Assembly: GCA_965153355.1 (NCBI GenBank)
Contig: OZ231126.1
Location: 28,086,001 to 28,150,000, forward strand
Reading direction: 5' to 3'
DNA length: 64,000 nt
Origin: Flaccisagitta enflata
Lineage: Eukaryota
In this document: one piece after another, positions 25,510 through 41,692 of the stretch
Position numbering within the stretch: position 1 is the stretch's first letter
Layout: every line of letters starts with the position of its first letter
Position numbers and translations under genes: made by a program
The notes under the pieces: model-generated
Told to the model about the DNA's origin: nothing
What the model saw: the letters and a program-made list of their open reading frames with translations, nothing else
Databases searched by the model: none

Positions 25510-26412
25510 TGACTGTTTATTTCCCTTGTTACTCTAATAATGGCAATTCGTCCATCCGTCTGTAGTCATTTTCATTACTGCTTTCCAAATCTTCTGTGAG
25601 TATACAATGCATATGAATATTGTCCGGTGGTTGCCATAAGCTCTCCATTCTATTCTCTACACACGCACGTTGAATACAACGTGAAAATTACGGAAAAGGT
25701 ATAGCACCCCCTCTTGCAGCTCATGTCCCCATAGCCACACGGTTGTATATGGCATCATTCAATAGGTTATCCCGATACAATTTACGCCACCGAGGCGAAT
25801 TTTGAATTTCGCCTCCGTTCGAGAGATATTCACTCCAAAAAGCAGATTTTTTGACCATCAAGGGGGTGTCCGCCGCCAATGTTTGGGGTAGAATTTCTCA
25901 AGAACGGAGGCGAAATTAAAAAATCGCCTCGGTGGCGTAAATTGTACTGTGACAAGCTACAGAATGATACCTCATATGATCCTGTGGAAGTTTTGTCATA
26001 AGCTGTAGGTTAGGGTGCTAACCTTTTTTACGGTTTTTCTAATCTTCACGTTGTATTACGCGACGAAATGTAAGGGTATGGTTTCTTGGAAGTGACAGTG
26101 AGGGGTTCACAAGGCCCTCTTCCATTTATGGCAATTCCAGTGTTGTGAGAGAAATTGTTCCACGTAACATGGCACTAAATTCTAATTGTGAACCCCTCAC
26201 TGTCACTTCCAAGAAACCATACACTTAGAGAATAGAATCGAGGTCAAGCTTATGGCAACCGCTGGACAATACTCATGTGCATTGTATACTCACAGAAGAT
26301 TTAGAAAGCAAGCCCTATAGTCACGTCCGACAAGAAAGGAGCAGTAATGAAAATGACTACAGACGGATGGACGAATTGCCATTATTAGAGTAACAAGGGA
26401 AAAAAACAGTCA
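25510..26412. mobile_element. Fold-back MITE with a second palindromic MITE (25660-26070) inserted in its left arm
   Basis: Outer arms tgactgttt...ctattctcta / tagagaatag...aaacagtca. The left arm resumes after a TA-flanked insert as agggtatggtttcttggaagtgacagtgaggggttcacaa, which pairs with 26186-26227. Confidence 0.85.
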
Positions 26413-27848
26413 TAATCTAATGTCACTCACGGTCCAAATAAGTTTCAATCCGGGTTGGCATGGCCATGACCCAGTAATTCACCCAGCTGCCCGAGACGTA
26501 CCTGAAAAAGTTGACGTGCATAGTAGTAGAAGGGTACAAGAGGTTGGAATAGGGAAAAAAGTTGAATGGAAGTAATGGGCTTATGAAGGAATAATTGGGT
26601 TGCGAGTTTTTCTCAGCGACTGTTTGCCATCCAAATTTGCAGAGGGCGTTTAACGCGTTTATGACGTTTTTATTTCGTTTGTTTGCTTTTTTTTTCTCTC
26701 GTTATAATTTACGTATCGCTGATGTTTACCTTCCGAATGAAAAAACAGACGGCGATTTGGTTTGATGTTGTTTTTGTTGTTGTTTTTGTTGCAGCCTTTT
26801 CATTCAGTTTGTTCTCCGTTTTGTTTCCACGGTTGTCAATGAATAAAAAGTTGATAATCGTTTCTTCTTCCACATTCGCAAAGTCGCCTTTTAAACACTA
26901 AAAGAAACTAGATTTTTTCCTGAATGACGCTGATAAGAACGTTTTGCGGAGATTTCCCTCTTTTTTAATTTACTTTTTTATGCTTTTTATTTTTCTTTTA
27001 CATGTTTTTTTTTTAGCTTTTTTCTAATACGTTTTCATAAAAAAAAACACTTTTATAACTTGTAGATTGTCCACGGTGAGGTAAGATAGAAACAGAAGAG
27101 AGAGAAATATCTTTTATTTGTTTGTTCTTTTTGTCGCGGTTTAGATTCAGAGACCTCGATTCCTTCATTTATTCCTTCTAAGCCCGTTAAGATCCAGGTA
27201 GTAGTTATACAAGTAGTATTGTAAAAAAGCAGTAAAAACCTGTCAAGCGAAGAGAGAAAAAAAACATCTGTTAGGCGTGAATAGATTTAAAAGAGGAGGT
27301 TTTAGGAAAAAGGGACAAATACATATCACCTCTTTTCCTTCCAGTGATCAGAATCAAGACTTTAGAGCGCCTTTCCCTATTTATAATAGCTTAATCTTTA
27401 TCTCTACCAAAATTCTATCTTTTTACGTGCACCCAAGTCTTTAAGAGGTCATGTCTGTCCCACCCTGATTTTATTCTTTTTATATTTGGAATTACAATGA
27501 TCTACGATCGATTCTGGCCTTTTCTCCAAAATTTTCGTTTATGACCTCATGAACGGGCATATCGCTCATTTCTTCATTGAGTTTTTAGGGCTGGATTGAT
27601 TTTTAAGCTGCTACGTCATTCTTTTCTATAGCGCAGCCAGTCCTTTCTCTGGTGGTGATTGAATATGTTACGTCAGTCCTTTTGTCACTTATTCGCAAAC
27701 AGAGAAGTGTCTATTGGTTGATCGGTCAGTCGGTTGGTCCTTTACGAAAACGTTTGACTATCCACACAGAACACCTATTGGCCTACATGGCCTTGACCTT
27801 GTTTGAGGGCGTTTTTCTCATCCTTAACCACCGATTTCAATTGGCGTA

Positions 27849-28041
27849 TTTTTAGTCGCGTGCACGCGACTCTACAACCCGCTGTCTGTCGGTCGGTCGG
27901 TCTGTCGGTCCGCGTTAGCTTTTTTGGCGTTATGGGCGGTTTTTGCGTTACTGCTCCTGCCAAAATGCTTGGGTAAGCCTTCTTCATCACTGCCCCTGCC
28001 CATCCGCATGCGACTTTGGTAGCCGTGTATACGGCCTTGTT
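27849..28041 (+). mobile_element. HINE family B copy
   Basis: ttttagtcgcgtgcacgcgact-GTCY ... gccgtgtatacggccttgtt. Confidence 0.8.
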
Positions 28042-28656
28042 AGATACATCCTTGCTCCTCGATGAGACATGTCCGTTTGTTGGTTGGTTGGTCGGTAAGT
28101 CACACAAACATCCAACTCCCAAAATCTGAGGTTCTGTCAACAGAAAAGCAGTCAACCTTTCAGTTCTTTCGTACATTTGACCATTCTTTCATTCATTCAT
28201 TCATTCATTCATTCATTCATTCATTCATTCATTCATTCATTCATTCATTCATTCATTCATTTATTCATTCATTTATTTATTCGTTCGTTCATTCATTCAT
28301 TTGTTCATTTATCAGTTCATTCACTCAATCACTCATTAGTTTGTTCATTCATAGAATCGTTTATTCATAAGAAACGTTCATAAAATGAAAAAAAAAAGTT
28401 ACAAAGAAAAAAGATTTATTTTTCCGTTTTAAATTCGATTCTCTCAAATCTCGATAAGTAGATGCTGTAACATGGGATTTTTCATAAACGAAAATTCCGC
28501 TTCCAAACGAAAAATCGATTGTAATTCGCACTCGATTCAGGGTGGTCCATTGGTTGGTTGAACGGCTAGTCACGCATTCTCAAGACATTTGTTGGCCTTG
28601 TTTCTTTCATTTCTTGTTTGTTTACTTGTTTGTTTGTTTGTTTCTTTTTATCTTTT

Positions 28657-28772
<116 letters not shown>

Positions 28773-28808
28773 TTCCCTCTTTCTGTCTTTCTTCCATTCT
28801 TCCTTTTT

Positions 28809-28884
<76 letters not shown>

Positions 28885-29653
28885 GCTTTTTTTCGTTTTT
28901 TCTTTTTTTTATGTATCATTCTTTTTTTCTTTTCATTTTCTTTTTCCTTTCTGTTTTCTTCCTTTATTTTGTTCTATCTCTCAAGTTTGTTTGTCCAAGT
29001 GAGGCGCGCATTTTTCTTTTTATTTAGCAAAATCAGTGAAACATGCATGCATGTTGGAATGAGAGAGCATCGTTGGCGAAATGGAGGATGTGTTGATAAC
29101 GCGAAGTGATGCAATTGTAGCGTCTATCATAAAATTCCAAGACATTGCTGATGGATTGTGCTGATGTCAAGAGCTGATCACGCTTCTTTTGCAGAAATCA
29201 AGCGAGTGCAAAAATGCTGACGCGTTGATGTGAATTAAGAACGATTCTCAGAGTAGATAAGAAAGCTGCAACGGGTAGCGACAATCCAGACCTACGAGAA
29301 AACTATCACTTCGTGTGTTATATTGGTTCCGTTTTCGAAACACTTCTATTATGCAACGAGATTTTTTTTTCGTGGTAGGATTGGGGAGGAAAGAAAACAT
29401 CACCTTTGTCGTCGTCGTAAACGTCATCTTCATGGTCGTTATTGTTATTGTCGTCAACGCCATCATCGTCGTCATCGTCGTTCGCTTCGTCATCGTCGTT
29501 GTCATCGTCGTTCGCTTCGTCCTCGTCGTTGTCATCGTCGTTGTCATCGTCGTCGTTCGTCATGTTTGTCGGTGGGAAAAGCATGGAAGATGGGATGAAG
29601 CGTGGTGGCACCAGTTATGGAAACCGGGCAAAGCAAGCCCAGAACGCGAAATG

Positions 29654-29751
<98 letters not shown>

Positions 29752-30071
29752 TAACGGTGTATGGTGAAAGAGCGTGAACGCGCGCGCTCGTAGTCCATGG
29801 CAACGACGATGAAGGGGAAGGGGAGGAGGAGGAGGAGGAGGAAGAGGAAGAGCAAGAAATGAACGCAGAGGGAGAGAGAGCGACAGAACCATGAGAAAAA
29901 GAAGAAAAGGGAAGAAGTCAGGTGTTGAATAGACTGGTGTGTAAATATGAGGAACGTCCTCGACATTGTGTGTGTGTGTATGAGAGAGAGAAGGGGAGGC
30001 CCAACAGAGTTCAACGTTAAGAAACATGGTCGCATATCTCTACAGCCAATGGGGTAGTGAAAGCAAGCGAA

Positions 30072-30161
<90 letters not shown>

Positions 30162-30530
30162 GGAAGAAATAGGAGATCTTGCATAGGGTGAGAACAGCGA
30201 AATGGGTCGAAAGTACTGGACGCGGATTTAGTTCTCGACGTTCACGAGTGTGAAGCGACCAAATTTTTTGAGACGTTTTTTGGGACGTTATTCTATCTTG
30301 AAATTGTGTATTTTGGAGAGGATGCAAATAATATCAAAAGATGCTGTAAATAATATTAAAATTGTTCTGTACCAGAGGAGAATAAAAAAAAATATAGACC
30401 TAACCAGATGTATCAAAAGTAGATTGTAGATCCATGTACTGAAATATTATTGTTTTTCCCGCATGCAAATTGCTAAAAGTATGTCAGTGCTACTGTTTTA
30501 GTTACAAAACCTCTTCTTCACACCAATCTG

Positions 30531-30841
30531 CAGTCAGTGGACAAAACACTATAGGTATATATATCATACCGTTGGCTTTGATTCAAAATACTACTCACAA
30601 ACAAAATACTGTATGCAACAACCAGTTACTCAAATTACAGCCGGCTGTAACAAACAAAATGTTGTACGCAACAACTGGTTGTAAGAGTTACAGCCGGCTG
30701 TAATGCTCCAATTTTGTAATATTACAGCCGGGTGTAATTTTAACAGCTACTTGTTGCATACAACATTCTGTTTATTATCAGTATGTTGTTTCAAAGTCAA
30801 CCGTATGATATATATACCTATAGTGTTATGTCCACTGACTG
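30531..30841. mobile_element. Palindromic MITE with three internal ttacagccggctgtaa palindromes
   Basis: cagtcagtggacaaaacactataggtatatatatcatac / gtatgatatatatacctatagtgttatgtccactgactg. A related left end occurs at ~14648. Confidence 0.85.
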
Positions 30842-31049
30842 TCTGCTGACCTATATTAAGGAGGCTTAAAACAGTTTTAAACAACTTTTGTGTAGACAAC
30901 CTTTACTGCACTCTTATGTTAAAGAAGCTTAAAACCGTTTTTGTGTGGACGACCTCTGCCGCACACCCATATTAAGGAGGCTTAAAGCCGCTCATGTGTG
31001 GAGTTTGTTCTTCATTCCGGAACAAACGACGAACGCGGACAATCGTGCA

Positions 31050-31975
31050 CTCGATGGCGCGCCGATGTACTGGGAAAGATTCATGGCAGACGATCGGCGG
31101 CGGCGAAGGTGGAAGAAGGCGTGGTGGAAGTGGAGGAGGAGAAAGAGGAGGGCGTAGTGGAGGTGGAGGAGGAGAAAGAGGAGGGCGTAGTGGAAGTGGA
31201 GGAGGAGAAAGAGGAGGGCGTAGTGGAAGTGGAGGAGGAGAAATAGGAACCGAGAAGAAGGAAAATAGCGCAAGGATGTGGGTTGATGGGAAGATGCGGC
31301 ATCGGTGTACTTGAATGGACATGTGGCAGACGAGTGGCGGCGGTGATGGTAGAGGGCGTGGTGGAAGTGGAGGAGGAGAGAGAGGAGCAGAGAAGAAGGG
31401 GAAAAGCGTAAGGGGTTGATGGAAAGATGCGGCGCTGATGTACTGGGAAAGATTCATGACGGACGAGCGGCGGCGGCGAAGGTAGACGAAGGCGTGGTGG
31501 AAGTGGAGGAGGAGAAATAGGAACCGAGAAGAAGGAAAATAGCGCAAGGATGTGGGTTGATGGGAAGATGCGGCATTGGTGTACTAGAATAGACTTGTGG
31601 CAGACGAGTGGTGGCGGTGATGGTAGAGGGCGTGTGGAAGTGGAGGAGGAGAAAGAGGAGCAGAGAAGAAGGAGAATAGCGTGAGGATGAGGGTGGATGG
31701 GAAGATACGGCAATCGATGTGCTAGGAAAAATTCACGGCAGATGAGCGGCGGCGAGGAAGGTAGAAGAAGGCGAGGTGGAAGTGGAGGAGGAGAAAGAGG
31801 GGCAGAGAGGAAGGAGAATAGGGTAAGGATGGGGGTAATTGGGAAGATGCGGCATCGATGTACTGGGAAAGATTCATAGCATGGTGGGAAGATTCGGCGT
31901 CGATGAACTGGGAAAGATCCATCATAAAGCGGCGGCGGCGAAAGTAGAGGAGGGCGTAGTGGGGATGGATGAGTA
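31050..31975. repeat. Purine-rich ~140-bp degenerate tandem repeat with A/B dimer structure
   Basis: Units start near 31065, 31303, 31437, 31578, 31716 and 31858; units 1 and 3 and units 2 and 4 are most alike; unit 1 has a 30-bp sub-expansion. Confidence 0.8.
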
Positions 31976-32889
31976 GGAGAACAAGGCCAAGTAGGCCAAA
32001 AAGGTCAAATAAATGCCTTACCCGACCAACCGACCGACGGACACTGCCAGTTATAGAGGTGCTTTGGCGCACCTAAAAAGGTGGTAAGAATTAAGAAGGA
32101 CAAGTAAGGATGGAGAAGAGACGGAATGGAACAGGGAAAATTGGGATAGGGGAGGTTGATGTGATAATGGAGACTGCATCGACTGTAACTTTGGCCAGAG
32201 AAAGGCTAAGCAACGGCGAGGGGTATGGGGGCGGAACTGAGAGAGCGGAAGAGAAGTAGGGTAGAGGCATTGAGGAGTGGAGTTAAAGGGCACCGGTTGC
32301 GGCAAGAGAGGAGGCGCGGCGTAGACAGAATAGAGGAAGGGAAATTGGAGCAGATGCGATGGTTCTACCGAGGCTGCAATTATCTACTAAAGGGGGTGTT
32401 GGTTGGTTCGTTGGTTGGTTGGTTGGTTGGTTGTTCGTGTTGGTGCAGCGGTTGGAACATGTCGGTGTTTCTGGGACGAATGTGGCCAAGGAGGCTGCAG
32501 AGATGTAAGTGTGGTGGTGACAGTGGAGGTAATACCTACATAGAAAGTGGCATATTGTGGCATTGTGAGATGGGGAAGCAGTGACAGGGTACTGCAGAGG
32601 ATAAGCGGGAGATGTTACAGTGGCAAAAAGATGGAGGAAGTGGTGAAAGTGACGGATGCTAGTAGTTGAGTGGAAGGAGATAGCAGTGCCAAAGCGGGAG
32701 GAGGAAGTAGAGACAGTGTAGCGGAGGATGCAGAGGGAAAGCGGGATGTCGTAGCGGTGGCAATCGAGAAGGGGGCAGTGGTGAAAAGGGAGGCTGTTGG
32801 AAAGGATGGTGCAAAGAGAGAAAAAAAGAGGCACGTGAAACTTGTTTCTGGCGACAGAAACTAAGTGAATGAAAAATGAGAGCGCGACG

Positions 32890-33490
32890 AACCACCGCCT
32901 CTTCTAGAGTTGCCTCTTCTTGAGCCGCCACCGCTGCCTCTTCTTGAGCCACCTCTCCTCCTGCCACCATCGCTTTCTTCGCTCCTGCCGCTACCGCCGC
33001 CTCTTCTCTTGCCGTCTCTTCTCCCACAGCTTCTATTGCCTCTCCTCTTGTCGCCACCGCCGCCTCCTATTGAGCCGCCACTTTTGACGCCACCGCCTCT
33101 CTTCTCTTGCCAACACCGCGCCGCTGCCTCTTCTTGTGCCGCCTCTTTTCGTACCACCATCGCTTAATCTTCTCCTGCCGCTACCATTGCCTCTTCTCTT
33201 GCTGCCTCTTCTCCCGCAGCTCCCATTGCCTCCCATCTTGCCGCCGCCGCCGCCTACTTCTGCGGCCACCACCCCCTTATCTCCTGCCGCCATCCCTTTC
33301 TATTATTCTGCCGCTACCACCGTCTCTTCTCTACACGACACTCCTGCCATGCCTTCTTGAGCCGCCACGTCTGCCGCCACCGCCGCCTCTTCTCTGGCTG
33401 GCCGCTGCAACTTCTCCCACAGCAACCGCTGCCTCTTCTCTCACCACCACCACCACCTCTTCAACAGCCAACGCCGCTGCCACGACCAAC
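32890..33490. repeat. Degenerate ~21-bp repeat (gccgccaccgctgcctcttct)
   Basis: Recurrent gcctcttct / gccgccacc motifs; reads EEAAVAA on the minus strand but with stops and frameshifts. Confidence 0.7.
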
Positions 33491-35170
33491 CGCGACATTT
33501 CGAAACTAAATGCCGCAGGGACAAAACGGGAAAGAGAAAACAACCGCAGCGGCAGAATGGCTGCTAGAAGCATGAGATTTCCGTTATTGGCAATTTCCTT
33601 AATAAGCAGGGCAGGTTGAGATACGAGTGCCCGAATGACGGAAAAGATAACATTGTAAACTAAAGAGTTTCTTTTTTTTCTTCTCTATTTTGTGCAAACA
33701 TGAACCAGATCACATGCCAATTTTCAGATCTTTAAGTCAAATCCAGTCTAAGAAATACAAAAGAAATCAATTTTATCCCACTTTTTATCTCAGTGATTGA
33801 ATTTATTCTTCTGATGCAAATCATGCAATGTGATGCAATGGCGAGTGCATCAACTTAGATGGTAATGTTCAAAGCACCAAGAATAGAAACAAGTAACGCG
33901 GGGACACAAAATCGTTGCGGACGGGTGGACAGGAGCGTTTAACCCCCATCCACACCCCAACCCCCCCCCCACACACACACACACACACACACACTCGAGC
34001 ATACAAAATTTACTATCTAAAACGCTCGTTTTTCCACTTTTTGACTCGATCATTAGGGCGGACCAACGGACGGACGGACGGACGGGCAAAGCCTCTTATA
34101 GAGTTGCGTTTCCGCGCCTAAAAAGGAAATAGGAAAAAGAATGAGATGCCCCCTGAACGAATCGAGGTCAAGGGTCATTGAAGCAGAGGCCCTCTTGACA
34201 CAAGCAAAGGACTTTTTGAACCACAAAAGAAAAAAAAACACGCAGAAAAGTCAGAAATAGAAAGAACCAATTTTCGAAAAGGGATATAAAGGGAATGTCT
34301 CTTATCTATCTCTCGCAGCGATTCGACACGCTAAAACAAGGGCCAGAAGGGCCTAGACTAGAGTGGGAGGCCAGAAGCTGGTACAGTCGGTTTGAAAATA
34401 GGAAAGGCAACCAACAAGCCATCCAAGGTTCGCACATGGCCAGCGGTGCTCGATGCCCTGCTTGGAGTGATCAAAAAAAGAAAGGGAGTGAGAGCAGGGT
34501 AGCAGTGCCAAGGGCGAGGACAAAGGGGTGAATCTCCGGACATCCTGGGAGGGCTAATTTGAAGCCTTGGAGGGCTGATCTGAGGTCTGGGTGGCAATCT
34601 TGAAGCTATGAGGGCTGATTTGCAGCCTAACGTTGATGGAATGGTTGATATTGAAATTTTACATCAAAAAAGTGAGAGAAAACATAAGCTCCATTTGATC
34701 ATTTCATTGCATAATAATCATCAAGAGTATTACTTTTTCAGATAAGGAGGATGGCACGATTTTCCTCTCCTCCAACAGTCACTTGCTGTCTTTCTGTAAT
34801 TGTTTAGTTATGTATTTCATTTTTTGTTACTAATTTTGTTCAAAAATGGACAGCCAGGCAGACCCTAATGTTTATGGGCGCGCGAGCATGCCCGAAAAAA
34901 TGCCATTTTCGGTAAAAGCGTTGGTCGCTTTCGCGATTCGACCTTCGAAGTGTCTGTTGAGATTTCGCTGAAACGTCAAAGTTGTTGGCGTGACCAATAA
35001 ATTTCATCGCGTTGAAACGTCCAAGCTTGTGACGTGACCCATCAATTCCGGACATGGGAGACGCCATTCTGCGAGTTGCGCCATGTATCAAATGCCGTAG
35101 AGATGTCCCTTCTGAGACCTGGCTAAGGAATCAAGCCCGTCCTTGTTGAATCGGGTGAAGACGCAGACGG

Positions 35171-35201
<31 letters not shown>

Positions 35202-36067
35202 CAATATAAATGTAAGTATTGTTTTTTGCATCAACAAGTTTTTTGTACACCATTCTCCCTGCCATGATGACATCACTGCCCCTGCCAACGTTCATCTGAC
35301 AGGACTGACAGGCGTTGTTGTCTTGTTTTGTTTTCTTTTTGGTTCAACAAAGACTTTATCAAAAAAGATACGCCAAAGGTAGCATAAAATCGTTCCCGGA
35401 TAACTTTTTTTTTCAAAAATCGAATGCGGGATGACTGTTACCGCGATTTAGTAGATAACACGATTTGGAACCGAATCTTAGCAGGTGACCGCGTTGAAAA
35501 GTTATCTAGGGCATGGTTGAAAGGTCAGTTAAATCAGGGTTAATTTCGGGAGTGACTTTATTCGGAGGCAAGAATCATATTGGAATTTCCATCATGGATT
35601 TTTTGGGGGAGGTCGTCTGCTAGTAATAATCACTACAATTCTGCTTGTAGCAGTCACTTTAATTGTGCTTGTGACAATCGCTACATTTCGTTACAAAACT
35701 GTTGAAATAAAAAAAACTGCCTTCCGGGGAATTCCGTCCTTCCAGAAATCCCTCCTGCCTTACCTCCGCCCCCCCCCTCTTTACCCCCGCTACGATGAAA
35801 TGTATCGACTTTACTATCGACTTCCGATTCAGTATAACAAGGTAATGAAAAGAGGTATTAAAGGCGATGATAGTAAAAGGAATTATCGGACGTTGATCGG
35901 GTTTCATCTTATCGCTTTCATTCAGGATCCCGAAATCGGATTTGTCACAGTTCATCGGATTTTGTGGGAGTGCGAAGGGAATCAATGACGAAGGCGAAAA
36001 ATGTCACTAAATTCAAATCAAGAATTAGTTTTATCGTCATTCCGGTTTGACACTCCATCTCTAACTC

Positions 36068-36119
<52 letters not shown>

Positions 36120-36258
36120 CTCTGTCTGTCTGTCTGTCTGTGTGTCTCTCTTTCTGTCTATCTGTCTGTCTATCTGTCTGTCTCATCTTCTCTGTCTGTC
36201 TCTCTGTCTGTCTGTTCTCTGTCTCTCTCTCTCTCTCTCTGCTTCTGTCTCTATTTTT

Positions 36259-36297
<39 letters not shown>

Positions 36298-36305
36298 TCT
36301 GTCTA

Positions 36306-36348
<43 letters not shown>

Positions 36349-36349
36349 G

Positions 36350-36419
<70 letters not shown>

Positions 36420-36966
36420 TTAATATACCCCTCGGTCATCATCAATTCCATCTCCACCACTAATACTATCTTCTTCGCCTTTTCCCCCCTCCTCAACCTG
36501 TTTTTCCGTTCTTTCTGCCGACCTCCACCTTTCCTTACTCGCCTTCCTTCACTTTCTTTCTTTCTTTTGACATCTTTTTTAATGAGATGAGCATTATCTT
36601 ATAAGATGTCTTATCCCCTGATTTGTGGCGTCTACGTTACTGCACAGTCTCCACACTGTACCAAATGCCTGGTAGAGTGAATTAGATATTCGTGCTGCTT
36701 GCAACTGAAAAAAAAAGCTACTTAAGGAAGCCAGAAATAGTTTCATCTCCAACGTTAGAAAAAAATTATAGCCCAAGTTTTTTTTTCTTTTACTTTCTAC
36801 GCCGGGTTTCTTTGCTCAGTCCACGCCCTACATCATCATCCCTTTTAGCCAGGATGTCTACATATCAGAAAAGCTGTTAAAAAATCCAAGCATTTTTCAA
36901 ACCTCTCCAGTCTATATTTCCACCCAATGTTTCTAAGCCACTATGGAATTTCAAAATAAAAGTTAC

Positions 36967-37328
36967 ATACATCCAAATTGGGGGGGTCGGTAACAACGAA
37001 CTTTGGAAATGCCAATCGGACATATGGCCAAAGTGTGCACAATAACAATATATAAACACATGTGAAAGGAAAAAGGGGTAACACCATATCATTTACAGTC
37101 GTGCCACCCCCCTTATTTACATTGTAATGAATAGGGAGAAGGAAGAGGAGGAGGAAGCTCCTATACTTTACAATGGGAAAGGTAGGGTTGGCACGACTGT
37201 AAATGATGAAGTCTCAAGAACTTTTCCTTTTAGTTATTAGGTTGATTTGTGATTGCGCACGGTCTGGTGATATGTCCGATTGGCATTTCCAAAGTAGGTT
37301 GATATCGACCCCCCCAATCCAAATGTAT
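36967..37328. mobile_element. Palindromic MITE
   Basis: ctttggaaatgccaatcggacatat / atatgtccgattggcatttccaaag and inner atcatttacagtcgtgcca / tggcacgactgtaaatgat. Confidence 0.8.
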
Positions 37329-38100
37329 CCTTTGCTGTGCATCGCATCTAATACAGAAGAATTTGAATGTCGCACTATGGAAGAGCTGCGTCGCAGAAAT
37401 GTCGACTCAACTACTTTAGATGCGTCTGTCGGTATATCACGCTTTCGTGAAAACCGCGAAAAACATTCACATTCATCACCATTCTTTATTTCTTTATGAA
37501 GATGTGCCTTCTCGAGTTCTTTCATTCATTCATTCATTTATTCATTCATTCATTCATTCATTCATTCAACCCGTATGGTTGGCCTACTTGGCCTTGTTCC
37601 TCCCCACAGCGGGGCCACGCGTTTTGTCCTTTCCAAGCTTCCTTTAGAATTCTCTCACGTGAGACTCAGGAGGACGCCTGCACTCATCTTTTTTTTGTCT
37701 CTGATCTCACCAAGGAAAATTGCGCAGCTAAAATGAAAGACTGGAATAGAAAAGATAAGAAGAAGCGGAGTGGAAGGACAGGAAACGATAACAAGCATTC
37801 ATCTGATGCAGGCAGGAAAAACATTGGGTTCGGTTTGACTGTCTTAAGGTTCACCCAATGAATTCTTTTCCATGAAGCTTTGCATAATTTTTCGACTAGC
37901 CACAACACAACAAATTTAAACGGCCCGAGATTATGAGTGGCGAGGTAGAGAGAGAAATAGGAGAAGAAATAAAACACAAACAAACAAACATAAAACAAAC
38001 AGAGAAAGAAGAAAAAGCTTTAGGCAAGAATCTATTGCTACTCTGCTAGTTAGTATTTGTTTATGTCCCTGGAGGACCGACCGACCGAGATTCTGTACCC

Positions 38101-40685
<2,585 letters not shown>

Positions 40686-41510
40686 CTGAATCTTTTCGTT
40701 TTACGACCAATATTTTAGATTTTACGGCAGTTTGAAATTTTGGAAATTTTAGGAAATTTTAGGAATTTTGCAATGTTTGGAAGGTCATAACTTCAATAGT
40801 ATTTTTAGGAAAGAGGTGATCTTGGTATCAGTAATCTACCAGGTTTAACCCAGAGAATCTAATGGAGCAAAAATTTCTGAAAAAGTTGATATGATATTTT
40901 TGCTCATGTAATATTTTGGCAATTTAGTACCTAGTCGATGAAATTTGGTAAAAAAATATTTGGAAAAAATTCTTTAATGTTTTTTGATTCATATCCAAAA
41001 GAAAAAAAATGGCCCTTTTTCTCCAAGATACTGAAAAAAGGGTCAAAGTCGAGTCCTTTAAATCCTGGCTCCTGATTAGTCAGCGGTTGGACTAAACAGC
41101 CAATCAGGAGCCAGGATTCAAAGGAGTCAACTTTGACCCATTCTTTCAGTATCTTTAAGAAAAAGGGCCATTTTTTTTTCTTTTGGATATGAATCAAAAA
41201 ACCTTGAAGAATCAGCTTCTTCCAAATATTTTTTACTAAATTTCATCGTACTAGGTACCTAGGGGTACCAAAAATGGGCCCCGCATAGGCAAAAAAACTA
41301 TCATATCAACTTTTTTCAAAAAATTTTTTTGCTCCATTAGATTCTCTGGGTTAAACCTAGTAGATTGATACCAAGATCACCTCTTTCCTAAAAATACTAT
41401 TGGAGTTATGACCTTTCAAACATTGCAAAATTCCCAAAATTTCCTAGAATTTCCAAAATTTCAAACGGCCGTAAAATCTAAAATATTGGTCGTAAAACAA
41501 AAAGATTCAG
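40686..41510. mobile_element. ~825-bp fold-back structure (outer MITE plus inner palindromic MITE 40930-41255)
   Basis: ctgaatctttt...tttacgaccaatattttagattttacggc pairs with 41468-41510. The inner TA-cctag...ctagg-TA element is palindromic to its centre (ggctcctgatt / aatcaggagcc). Confidence 0.9.
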
Positions 41511-41659
41511 GATCTGAAAATAACTTCCCAGGGTGCACCTGTACACCAAAAATAAGCAAAATCTATGATTTGATGGTTTTATGACGGCTGGTTTCTCCTG
41601 AATTGTCTTCCTGCCCAACCATCCAGCTGACCGACTGCCGCACGCTCCTGTTTTCTTTC

Positions 41660-41692
<33 letters not shown>

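Noticed and set aside
29318-29611. Poly-Asp ORF as an acidic biomineral protein
   Set aside because: It is a (GAC/GAT)n simple repeat open in nearly all frames, with no signal peptide or supporting gene structure.
30972-31713. Proline- or glycine-rich ORFs
   Set aside because: They derive from the purine-rich ~140-bp repeat, and frames shift between units.
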